Shown here: positions 9,045 through 16,898 of the stretch, piece after piece
Layout of the letters: each line of letters begins with the position of its first letter
How positions within the stretch are numbered: position 1 is the stretch's first letter
Assembly (NCBI RefSeq): GCF_000011125.1
Contig: NC_000854.2
Location: 1,170,001 to 1,202,000, forward strand
Direction of reading: 5' to 3'
Origin: Aeropyrum pernix K1
GTDB lineage: Archaea; Thermoproteota; Thermoprotei_A; Sulfolobales; Acidilobaceae
Length of the DNA: 32,000 nucleotides
Notes under the pieces: generated by a model
Told to the model about the DNA's origin: nothing
What the model saw: the letters and a program-made list of their open reading frames with translations, nothing else
Database searches by the model: none
Position numbers and translations under genes: made by a program

Positions 9045-10157
9045 ATGGGGGTAGGTATGGGTAGTCTAAGGCTTACGGAGAGACCGCACGTAAGGAAGGC
9101 TAGGCTTTGGGTAAAACTTAGTGACGGTAAGGAGGGGTGGGTGAGGTGCGATCTCTGCCAGAGGAGGTGTGTTATAGCTCCTGGAAAGTATGGGGCTTGT
9201 GGTGTTAGGAAGAACATAGGAGGGGAACTCTACACTCTGGTCTATGGCCTTCTGAGCGCTAGCAATATAGACCCTATTGAGAAGAAGCCTCTACTACACT
9301 TTTACCCGGGCTCGACAGTTCTGAGTATAAGCACCGTTGGGTGCAACTTCTTCTGCCAGTTCTGCCAGAACTTCGAGATAAGCCAGTCCCGGCTTGAGAA
9401 GGGTCTTTACGGTGTCTATAGGACGCCTGAGGAGGTTGTGAGGCTAGCCTTAGTCTATGGAGCCGACGGCATCACCTATACCTACAACGAGCCCACAATA
9501 TTCTTTGAAACTGTTTACGACGTGGCAAAGGAAGCTAAAAAGCATGGCCTCTTCAACACTATGGTGACCAACGGCTACATGACCCCCGAAGCTGTTGATG
9601 AGCTAGGAAGCCTCATAGACGCTGCTACTGTCGATTTCAAGGGAGGAGGCGACCCCGAGTTCTACAGGAAGATAATGTTCGTGCCGGACCCCGAACCCAT
9701 ATACGAGGCGATACTTGCTATGAAGGATAAAGGCTGGTGGATAGAGATAACAAACCTGGTTGTCCCTATCCTCGGCGATAAGCCTGAGTATGTTAGGCGT
9801 ATGGCCAGATGGATAGTTGAAAACCTTGGACCGGAGGTGCCCTTCCACCTGCTGAGATTCCATCCAGACTACAAGCTAAGGCACGTACCCCACACTCCAG
9901 TTAAGACCCTCGAGAAGCTGGCCAGAATAGCTATGGAAGAGGGCCTCAAACATGTTTATATAGGCAACGTGTGGGGCCACCCGCTCGAGGACACGTACTG
10001 TCCCAAGTGTGGATACAAAGTTGTTGACAGGGAGGGTTTCGCAATCGTAGAATGGCGGCTAACAAGCGACTTCAGATGCCCACGCTGCGGGTATAAGCTC
10101 AATTTCCGCGGCGAGTACACGCCACGTAACATAAACTATCCCATGCCAGTGATGTAA
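9045..10157 (+). CDS. amrS: AmmeMemoRadiSam system radical SAM enzyme (PflA-like, COG1180)
   Basis: N-terminal CDLCQRRCVIAPGKYGACGVRKN, radical SAM motif GCNFFCQFCQNFEIS, YTYNEPTIFFE, and C-terminal zinc-ribbon cysteines CPKCGY...CPRCGY. Confidence 0.85.
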   Translation: MGVGMGSLRLTERPHVRKARLWVKLSDGKEGWVRCDLCQRRCVIAPGKYGACGVRKNIGGELYTLVYGLLSASNIDPIEKKPLLHFYPGSTVLSISTVGCNFFCQFCQNFEISQSRLEKGLYGVYRTPEEVVRLALVYGADGITYTYNEPTIFFETVYDVAKEAKKHGLFNTMVTNGYMTPEAVDELGSLIDAATVDFKGGGDPEFYRKIMFVPDPEPIYEAILAMKDKGWWIEITNLVVPILGDKPEYVRRMARWIVENLGPEVPFHLLRFHPDYKLRHVPHTPVKTLEKLARIAMEEGLKHVYIGNVWGHPLEDTYCPKCGYKVVDREGFAIVEWRLTSDFRCPRCGYKLNFRGEYTPRNINYPMPVM

Positions 10158-10287
10158 ATCATAATGGGAGCGTGAAGAGCCATATAGTTAATTATAGTTA
10201 ATTTCCGAAAGTTACGCAGAAGAATATAGAAAGACTCGGCTATAATGTTGAGGAGGCCAGTCCTATATCCACAAGCTATTATAGGAG

Positions 10288-11007
10288 CTACCCCTCCACT
10301 TCCTCCTCCAGCGCCTCCTCAAACCCTTCCTCCCCGGCTTTAACAAGCGATAGTATTTCATTAACAACCCTCACAGCTTCCCTCTTCTCCACATTCTGGG
10401 CTTCGCTAAACAAGCGTGAAACACTCTCCCTCACGAAGTCGTCTATCCTATCCGCCTCAACCTGCACCCTAGTCCTTTTAAGCAGGAGCGGGGTCGGCTC
10501 TACGACCGCCCCCCTGACGAGCGCTTCACCGTTCAACGGCGTCACTATAAGTGCTCCTACGTCGGAACCCCTATACATGATTCTATACACTACATCTCCA
10601 ACATCAGTCTCGCCGACCTTCTCCACTGTAAACCTGATCTCCTCCTCGAGAAGCCTGGGAGCTGCTCTGGCGAAATCCTCAACTATTGGCGCTATCTCCT
10701 CTTCGGGAACCCTCCTCCAAAGCTCTACCCTGAGGGTGGAGAAGTCGAATTGTATTTGCGAGTCCCTAACCTCATAGTCAATCTGTATCCTCACCACGTC
10801 AAGCTTATCGGCCTTCAGCTTGTTAACCAGCAGCTCGAAGAGAACCCTATTCAAATTACCAGCTGCCATGGCAACGTCCTTGTTAGAGAGTTCGCCTGAC
10901 TTTATCGCGTCTCTAAGTTGCGCGAAAAGCACTCTACGAACCTTATCCGCATAACCAGCCGCTATAACGAGGCCTGTTCTCAGCGTAGGCAATATAGACC
11001 AACCCAT
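10288..11007 (-). CDS. Crenarchaeal conserved-type hypothetical protein (possibly DUF2258 family)
   Basis: 239-aa ORF with coherent alpha/beta and coiled regions (TGLVIAAGYADKVRRVLFAQLRDAIKSGELSNKDVAMAAGNLNRVLFELLVNKLKADKLDVVRIQIDYEV). TATA-like CCTTATAATC lies upstream on the minus strand. The family name is from memory and uncertain. Confidence 0.6.
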   Translation of the reverse strand: MGWSILPTLRTGLVIAAGYADKVRRVLFAQLRDAIKSGELSNKDVAMAAGNLNRVLFELLVNKLKADKLDVVRIQIDYEVRDSQIQFDFSTLRVELWRRVPEEEIAPIVEDFARAAPRLLEEEIRFTVEKVGETDVGDVVYRIMYRGSDVGALIVTPLNGEALVRGAVVEPTPLLLKRTRVQVEADRIDDFVRESVSRLFSEAQNVEKREAVRVVNEILSLVKAGEEGFEEALEEEVEG

Positions 11008-11071
11008 TGTAAAGATATAATGTTAAAGATTATAAGGTTTCGCTGCGGAAAATCAACCTTTAAACCCACCA

Positions 11072-11079
11072 CTTTATAC
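11072..11079 (+). promoter_or_regulatory. TATA-box-like element (CTTTATAC) upstream of a GC-rich intergenic segment
   Basis: ccactttatacaacg about 25 nt upstream of GAGCCCGGTGCCCTGAGCC; a second TATA-like cctttaaacc lies at about 11057-11066. Confidence 0.35.
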
Positions 11080-11192
11080 AACGTTTATTCTAGAGCCCGG
11101 TGCCCTGAGCCACCCTCCAACAGGCTGTGAGGAGCCGACCACCGTAGCGGAGGAGCCTCTCTAAAAGGCTATGACGTGTAGTCGAGGAATAT

Positions 11193-12080
11193 TTACCCCG
11201 CGCTCTGCGGCCTACCTTCTCCCTCCCCTAGCCCTTCTGGTCCTTCTCTAAGCGAGACTAGTCTCTGTGGAGGCGTTATCTCTACACCAGCGTCTAGCAG
11301 TCTCTTCACTATTATGCTTAGCATTTTAATCTTTGCGTTAAACCACTGGTCCGAGGGGGCCCAGAAGCGTACAACCAGTTCAGCGCCCCTCTCGCTGATA
11401 TTGTCGACGAATACCTGGGGTTCAGGCTCTGCTAGGGCGAGAGGCTCTTCTTGTATAGCGTTTAAAGCTATCTCCGCAGCCTTAGAGTAGTCGCTAGTCT
11501 CCTTCACCGGTATCCTGTACTCAACACGCCTTGCCAGGGACTTGTTGAGAACATCAACATTACTCTTAAACAGGGCCTCGTTGGGTATCCTAGCCATAAC
11601 ACCGTCCCACTTCAGTATCTTAGAGCTGAGGATCGAGATGTCGTAGACCACGCCGCCTATGCTACCCACAATCACAGGGTCTCCAACCTTGAAGGGACGT
11701 TCGAGGTAGAGGAACACCCCGGCTATGAGGTTTGACGCTACCGTCTGGCTCGCAATGCCCAATGCTATACCGACTATCCCTCCGGCCACTAGGAAGACAG
11801 ATATGTCTATGCCTAACTGGGCTAGGGCTGCAACGCCTGTTAGGAATAGTATAGTGTAGAATAGGATCCTGGATATGGCTACCGCTATATCTCTCGACGT
11901 TCGTTTTGAGAGGTATATGTAGACCCGGCCCCTTACGAGCAGCGCAGCAACAGCTCCCACAGAGAGGATTAGGATAGCAGTTAACACCTGCTCCAAGCTG
12001 ACGTTAAACGGCCAGGATAGTGAGGCTCCCCCCAAACCTGGTATTTCAGCCATAGAGCTCCACCCCACTATATACCCCAT
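11193..12080 (-). CDS. MscS-family mechanosensitive ion channel
   Basis: Three to four TM helices followed by the MscS pore and beta-domain signature: GIALGIASQTVASNLIAGVFLYLERPFKVGDPVIVGSIGGVVYDISILSSKILKWDGVMARIPNEALFKSNVDVLNKS. Confidence 0.93.
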   Translation of the reverse strand: MGYIVGWSSMAEIPGLGGASLSWPFNVSLEQVLTAILILSVGAVAALLVRGRVYIYLSKRTSRDIAVAISRILFYTILFLTGVAALAQLGIDISVFLVAGGIVGIALGIASQTVASNLIAGVFLYLERPFKVGDPVIVGSIGGVVYDISILSSKILKWDGVMARIPNEALFKSNVDVLNKSLARRVEYRIPVKETSDYSKAAEIALNAIQEEPLALAEPEPQVFVDNISERGAELVVRFWAPSDQWFNAKIKMLSIIVKRLLDAGVEITPPQRLVSLREGPEGLGEGEGRPQSAG

Positions 12081-12823
12081 ATCATGGCTATCCTGCCGGG
12101 GACCAGGGGTCCTAGGGCTTCGAAAAGCCTCCTGTCCCTTTCAACCAGAGGCACCTCTATGAATCCTTCCCCAGGCTCAGCCTCCTCGAGCCAAACATCA
12201 GCCGAGTCAATGTCCCTTACAGACATTCGTATAGGGGAGGCGGCTATACCACCCGTAACAGGGTTGTAAAACATGGATAAACCACGCCTAGGAAGTACAA
12301 CCCTAGATACCGTGGCCTGCACGTCGGCATTGTTTACTATGGTGAGCCTGGCGCTGGCGGCAGGCCCCCGCCACTCATCACGCCAGAACCGGCACAACAG
12401 CCCCTCGACATTGCTGCCATAAACAGCCATCTTCGGCACCACCCCGCCGGGGGGGAAGAAGTCTATGAGGGTGTGGCGGCCCTTGCTGGAAGCTATAACG
12501 GCTATGTCGAAAGGAACTTTTAACTCTATGCTAAAGCTGTCTCCAGGCGGCACTACCACAGGGCTCCTCAACCTCATGTAAAGGCAGTTTAGACGGCCCT
12601 GAAGAGGTAGAAGGAAGGGTGGATAGGGAGCCACCATAACCCTAACACCGGGTGCAAGAGTGACACGTGTCACCACGTTACCACTGTCGTCAAGCCTCTC
12701 GTAAACTAGGCTGTCGTCAGTCGCGGAAAGCTCTATATTACTACCGTAGACGCTCTTTCGGGAGCCCTCGGAGAGGAAGCCGAAAACAGACTCTCCCCGG
12801 GGCGATACGGCTCTTTCAACCAA
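12068..12823 (-). CDS. DUF432-like archaeal protein paired with MscS
   Basis: 251-aa ORF (YGSNIELSATDDSLVYERLDDSGNVVTRVTLAPGVRVMVAPYPPFLLPLQ...CLYMRLRSPVVVPPGDSFSIELKVPFDIAVIA), immediately upstream of the MscS gene. Family assigned by motif memory and gene context. Confidence 0.6.
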   Translation of the reverse strand: MVERAVSPRGESVFGFLSEGSRKSVYGSNIELSATDDSLVYERLDDSGNVVTRVTLAPGVRVMVAPYPPFLLPLQGRLNCLYMRLRSPVVVPPGDSFSIELKVPFDIAVIASSKGRHTLIDFFPPGGVVPKMAVYGSNVEGLLCRFWRDEWRGPAASARLTIVNNADVQATVSRVVLPRRGLSMFYNPVTGGIAASPIRMSVRDIDSADVWLEEAEPGEGFIEVPLVERDRRLFEALGPLVPGRIAMIWGI

Positions 12824-12889
12824 TAAACACCAGCCCTGCCTTTAGCAAAAGTGGCTGTAACAGCTTAAAATATCGGGGTTTAATAGATA

Positions 12890-14155
12890 TTAGCTTATCT
12901 TTAGGCCGCCTCTGCCGAGGAGTTCGTGTGCCCTCGCCAGCTGGCCAGCTGCTATAGCAGACAGCAGGTTTAGCTCCCCCGCGAGCACTGCAGAAGCTAT
13001 TATCTCGGCGAGCTTCAGCGCGTTTGAGCCCGGCGGGTTCCCCCCGCCAGCAACGCCCAGTAGGGCCAGAAGTTCCCTCTGTGTCGGAAGTCTTGTGCCG
13101 CCTCCTACAGTACCCACTTCAAGGCTGGGGAGAGTCACGCTTATGTAGAGGTCCTCCCCCCTCACCTCGGTCCACGTATAGCCCATGCTACTCTCAACAA
13201 CCTGCGCCGCATCCTGGCCTGTAGCTATGAATATTGCCGCTATTATGTTTGCGAAGTGTGCGTTGAAAGAGTGGCTCCCCGCTGCGGCGCTTCCAAGAAG
13301 GTTCTTCGTGACGTTAACCAGGTTGATGTTTTGCGGCGTTGTTTTTAGAACATTCTTGACGACTTCACCCTTTATAACCGCCTCGGCGACTACATACTTG
13401 CCCCTACCCAGTATTTTGTTTATCGCCGCCGGCTTCTTATCAGTGCACATGTTGCCGCTGAGCGCTATGCACTTAGCATCGCCATCATAATTCTCCTCTA
13501 TGTAGCGGCATATCCTGTCGCTCGATATAGTCACCATGTTCATGCCCATCGCATCCCCCGTCGAGAACGAGAGCCTGAGCCACACCAGGTTGCCTATTAT
13601 GTAAGGGTAGATGTGCTGCAGCCTCCCGTGCCGAGTAACCCCGGCTACAACACTCCTGAGGTCCTCAATTCTATCCTCCACCCACATAGCCAGCCTGTGG
13701 GCCTCATAGACGCTTGGAGTCCAGAGTAGGGGGGCTCGGGTCATCCCGTCCTTTATAACCTTGGCTCTTGCTCCTCCAGATAATGTTATAGCCTTAGCAC
13801 CCCGGTTCACGCTGGCTACTAGGGCCCCCTCCGTGGTGGCGAGGGGTATATAGAAGTCGCCCCGGGCATAGTCGCCATTGATCCTAAGAGGGCCAGCTAC
13901 GCCCACTGGAACCTGGACTGCGCCAATAGGGTTCTCAATGTTCCTCCCGTAGAGCTCCTGGAAGTCTAGTATGGTGCTTGCCACGCTCGATAAACTGGCA
14001 CCCGTTAGCCTCTCGAGGTAGAGCCTCCTGACGAGCGCCGCCTCGTTGGCGTTACCTAGCTCCTTCTCAAGCCTGGAGTGGCTCAGGCTACCGCTAGCCA
14101 GCTTATCAACCAGGTCCTCTAACCTCCTAGGCTTTTGGCCTGAACTTGACCCCAT
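12890..14155 (-). CDS. hmgA: Hydroxymethylglutaryl-CoA reductase (NADPH)
   Basis: VPVGVAGPLRINGDYARGDFYIPLATTEGALVASVNRG, FSTGDAMGMNMVTI, LSGNMCTDKKPAAIN, GQDAAQVVESS, TVGGGTRLPTQRELLALLG. Confidence 0.97.
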   Translation of the reverse strand: MGSSSGQKPRRLEDLVDKLASGSLSHSRLEKELGNANEAALVRRLYLERLTGASLSSVASTILDFQELYGRNIENPIGAVQVPVGVAGPLRINGDYARGDFYIPLATTEGALVASVNRGAKAITLSGGARAKVIKDGMTRAPLLWTPSVYEAHRLAMWVEDRIEDLRSVVAGVTRHGRLQHIYPYIIGNLVWLRLSFSTGDAMGMNMVTISSDRICRYIEENYDGDAKCIALSGNMCTDKKPAAINKILGRGKYVVAEAVIKGEVVKNVLKTTPQNINLVNVTKNLLGSAAAGSHSFNAHFANIIAAIFIATGQDAAQVVESSMGYTWTEVRGEDLYISVTLPSLEVGTVGGGTRLPTQRELLALLGVAGGGNPPGSNALKLAEIIASAVLAGELNLLSAIAAGQLARAHELLGRGGLKIS

Positions 14156-14537
14156 AGACTATCACTCCCTCGTCGCCGTCCTCATAGATCCTCCTGAAGA
14201 CGGCTTCGACCTGTACCCCCCTTTCCAGAGACTCGGGGTCACTGACATCTACTATCTCGCTAACAACCTTAGCAACACCCAGGTCGACGAGCCCTATAAC
14301 CACCGGGCTCCTATCCCTGGCACCGCTCTCCACAGAGTATAACACTGTATAAGCCTCTAGCCTCCCAACCCTCGGCAGCTCTGTCTCAGCGACGTTACGC
14401 GATCCGCAGTATGGACAAGCCTTTGCAGGGGGGTAGAAGGATCTGCCGCAATCGCTACACCTACCCCCAAGCAGCCTATACCTGGGAACCCTAGTGCGCC
14501 ACTCCCTAACAGTAGACTCTCTAGACACGAACACCAC
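14127..14537 (-). CDS. DUF35 zinc-ribbon/OB-fold acyl-CoA-binding protein (thiolase/HMG-CoA synthase complex scaffold type)
   Basis: Rubredoxin-like zinc motif RCSDCGRSFYPPAKACPYCGSRN followed by an OB-type domain; located between thiolase and HMG-CoA reductase. Confidence 0.85.
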   Translation of the reverse strand: MVFVSRESTVREWRTRVPRYRLLGGRCSDCGRSFYPPAKACPYCGSRNVAETELPRVGRLEAYTVLYSVESGARDRSPVVIGLVDLGVAKVVSEIVDVSDPESLERGVQVEAVFRRIYEDGDEGVIVYGVKFRPKA

Positions 14538-14540
14538 CCC

Positions 14541-15764
14541 CTATCTCGCATCAGAGGCTAGGACGGCTATGTATGCGGAGGATCCGTGGCCGTTTATGGA
14601 GACTGCAGCCCCTGTTCTCGCGCCGGGAGCATTAACCCCCGGGAATACCCCGGCGAGCTGCATGGCAATTTCACCCAGCATATACACCCCCGTGGCGCCT
14701 CCGGAATGCCCTCTAGCCTTCAGACCGCCGCTAGCGTTGACTGTGGGTCCCTCGCCCGAGGGTGTAAAGTAGCCTTCGGCAACCCTCTTCGCCGCTGTGC
14801 CCTTCTCCGCGAGCCCTAGGGACTCTAGTATTATTATGCCCGTTATTGTATAGGAGTCATGCACCTCCAGTACATCAATATTGTTAACGCCGGCGAGAGA
14901 CCTCGCCTTATCCCAAGCCTCCTTAACGGCGGGCATGGTCAACGGGTCGTCTAGGTGTGAGATCGAGAGGGGGCCCGAGGCCGCCTCCACAGCCTTCAAC
15001 ACTGCCAGCCCGCCGTCGCCCCTGGATAGGGTAACTGCAGCCGCGCCGTCGCCCATGGCAAATGTGTCGAGCATCGTGAGGGGGAGGGCAACAGGCATAG
15101 CGTCCTTAACGGCCTCAGGCTTTATAGCAAACCTTAGCATGGCGTATGGGTTCTCCTTAGCGTTGCTATGCATCAATGCAGGCCAGTAGGAGAGGGTGTC
15201 TCGGTCTACACCATACCTGCTCATATACATGTCTGCCAGGAGTCCATGTATGGCCGCATGGGATATCGGGTACACACCGTCCCAGTCAATGTTGTAAACG
15301 CCCTTCAATATGCTGTACACCCTGCTGCTAGGGGCGTCGGACATCTTATCAACACCCAGTAGAACCACCTTTTTACCCTCGGCAGCCAACCTGGCGGCCG
15401 TTACCGCTGCCGCAAGGCCCGAGGCCTCGCCAGCCTCGACAGTTATAGCAGTAGCGCCTCCAAACCCCAGGCTAGATACAATGTAGCTGGCTATATCAGC
15501 CTGGCCTGAGAGCCTTGGGTATACGAAGCTTGAGACCACGACGGCATCAACACTCGCCCAGCCTGCATCGCTCAGGGCAGACTCTAACGCCTCCTTTGCG
15601 AGCTCCTCCACACCACTGCTAAAATGTCTGCCAACCTTTACCATGCCAACACTCTTAACCGCCACGTTAAGCAATAGCCTTCCACCCCCCGCAGAAGTCT
15701 TCGATGCTTCGAGGCTAGAGCTTTCTGACAACAAGTTTGCCTCTGATCTTGGCGTAAACGCCAT
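14541..15764 (-). CDS. Thiolase-superfamily protein (acetyl-CoA acetyltransferase-like) lacking the catalytic Cys; the true start is probably downstream of 15764
   Basis: Thiolase fold sequence: ALESALSDAGW...DAVVVSSF, ITVEAGEASGLAAAVTAARLAAEGKKVVLLGVDKMSD, DGAAAVTL, VLEVHDSYTITGIIILESLGL, GPTVNASGGLKARGHSGGATGVYMLGEIAMQL. It sits between HMG-CoA synthase and DUF35 genes. The ORF track start overlaps the HMGS gene; an internal GTG start (VAVKSVGMVKVGRH) is likely. Confidence 0.85.
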   Translation of the reverse strand: MAFTPRSEANLLSESSSLEASKTSAGGGRLLLNVAVKSVGMVKVGRHFSSGVEELAKEALESALSDAGWASVDAVVVSSFVYPRLSGQADIASYIVSSLGFGGATAITVEAGEASGLAAAVTAARLAAEGKKVVLLGVDKMSDAPSSRVYSILKGVYNIDWDGVYPISHAAIHGLLADMYMSRYGVDRDTLSYWPALMHSNAKENPYAMLRFAIKPEAVKDAMPVALPLTMLDTFAMGDGAAAVTLSRGDGGLAVLKAVEAASGPLSISHLDDPLTMPAVKEAWDKARSLAGVNNIDVLEVHDSYTITGIIILESLGLAEKGTAAKRVAEGYFTPSGEGPTVNASGGLKARGHSGGATGVYMLGEIAMQLAGVFPGVNAPGARTGAAVSINGHGSSAYIAVLASDAR

Positions 15765-16812
15765 AATCTATCTCGATCCTCCTCTTCAAATAGTATTCTA
15801 GCGGCTGTGCAAGCGGTTTGGCTTCTTCTATAGCATCGGTAACTATAAGACTGTAAGCATCGCTTCCGGCTCCGCTGCCGAAGGGGGCAACCAGTATCCT
15901 GTCACCCGGCTTGGCCACATCAAGAACCTTAACCAGGCCTAGGAGGGCGCTTGCGTTATACGTGTTTCCTATGAAGGGTGTTACCAGGCCGGGCTTCACC
16001 TGCTCCATAGTGAACCCCAGCTTTTTAGCAACTTTAACAGGGAACTTGCCGTTAGGCTGATGGAATATAGCGTAGTCGAAGTCTCCCGGCGATAATCCGG
16101 TTTTCTCAAAAAGCCCTTTTACAGCACTCTCTATATGGTGGAAGTACGCTGGCTCCCCAGTGAAGCCCTCACCATGGCTGGGATAGGGCTTCAGACCTCT
16201 CCTCCAGAAGTCGGGAGTGTCTGTCACATATGTGAAGCTGGACTCGAAAACTGCGGCGGCGCCTTTTGAAGGACCTATAACAAACGCTGCAGCACCGCTG
16301 GAGGCACTAAACTCTAGCACGTCGCCGGGGCTGGCCTGGGCAGTATCGCTGCCGACTACTAGTGTGTAGCCTACAACGCCGGATGCAACTAGGCCTATAG
16401 AAGCTCTCATCCCCTCGCTAGCAGCCCTGCAGGCAAACTCCAGGTCGCTGGCCATTGTAACGGGCGTTATACCCAGAGCCTCCGCTATTATGGTGGCGCT
16501 CGGCTTGACTGCATAGGGCTTCGACTCGCTGCCGAAGAATACGGCACCTATACTGGCCGGGTCCACCCTAGCCCTGGCTATCGCGTTTCTAGCGGCTTCA
16601 ACCCCCATGGTCGTGGAGTCCTCATCAACCCCTCCTACAGCCTTCTCGTACACGTCCAACGCTTTCCACTGATGGTCAGGCCAGCCCCAGACTCTAGCTA
16701 TTTCCCGCGTGGGAATCCTGTATACAGGTACGTATGCACCCCACCCGTGTATCCCTGCTGACGATTCAGGCGTCTTGCCGACAAGGCTATCTACAGGCAT
16801 TCTAAACACCAC
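15715..16812 (-). CDS. Hydroxymethylglutaryl-CoA synthase
   Basis: GIHGWGAYVPVYRIP, GVEAARNAIARARVDPASIGAVFFGSESKPYAVKPSATIIAEALG, catalytic Cys motif SDLEFACRAASEG, DYAIFHQPNGKFPVKVAKKLGF, GNTYNASALLGLVKVLD, GSGAGSDAYS. Confidence 0.96.
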   Translation of the reverse strand: MVFRMPVDSLVGKTPESSAGIHGWGAYVPVYRIPTREIARVWGWPDHQWKALDVYEKAVGGVDEDSTTMGVEAARNAIARARVDPASIGAVFFGSESKPYAVKPSATIIAEALGITPVTMASDLEFACRAASEGMRASIGLVASGVVGYTLVVGSDTAQASPGDVLEFSASSGAAAFVIGPSKGAAAVFESSFTYVTDTPDFWRRGLKPYPSHGEGFTGEPAYFHHIESAVKGLFEKTGLSPGDFDYAIFHQPNGKFPVKVAKKLGFTMEQVKPGLVTPFIGNTYNASALLGLVKVLDVAKPGDRILVAPFGSGAGSDAYSLIVTDAIEEAKPLAQPLEYYLKRRIEIDYGVYAKIRGKLVVRKL

Positions 16813-16898
16813 ACTAACCCGGGTCAGAGCGATTACGTGTAGCCAAGACTTAATAATGGTTCAGTCTATAGTATTACAGAGAATACGGCTATAGTCGA

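Noticed and set aside
13024-13490. ORFs antisense to HMG-CoA reductase
   Set aside because: No domain support; the HMGR frame is unambiguous.
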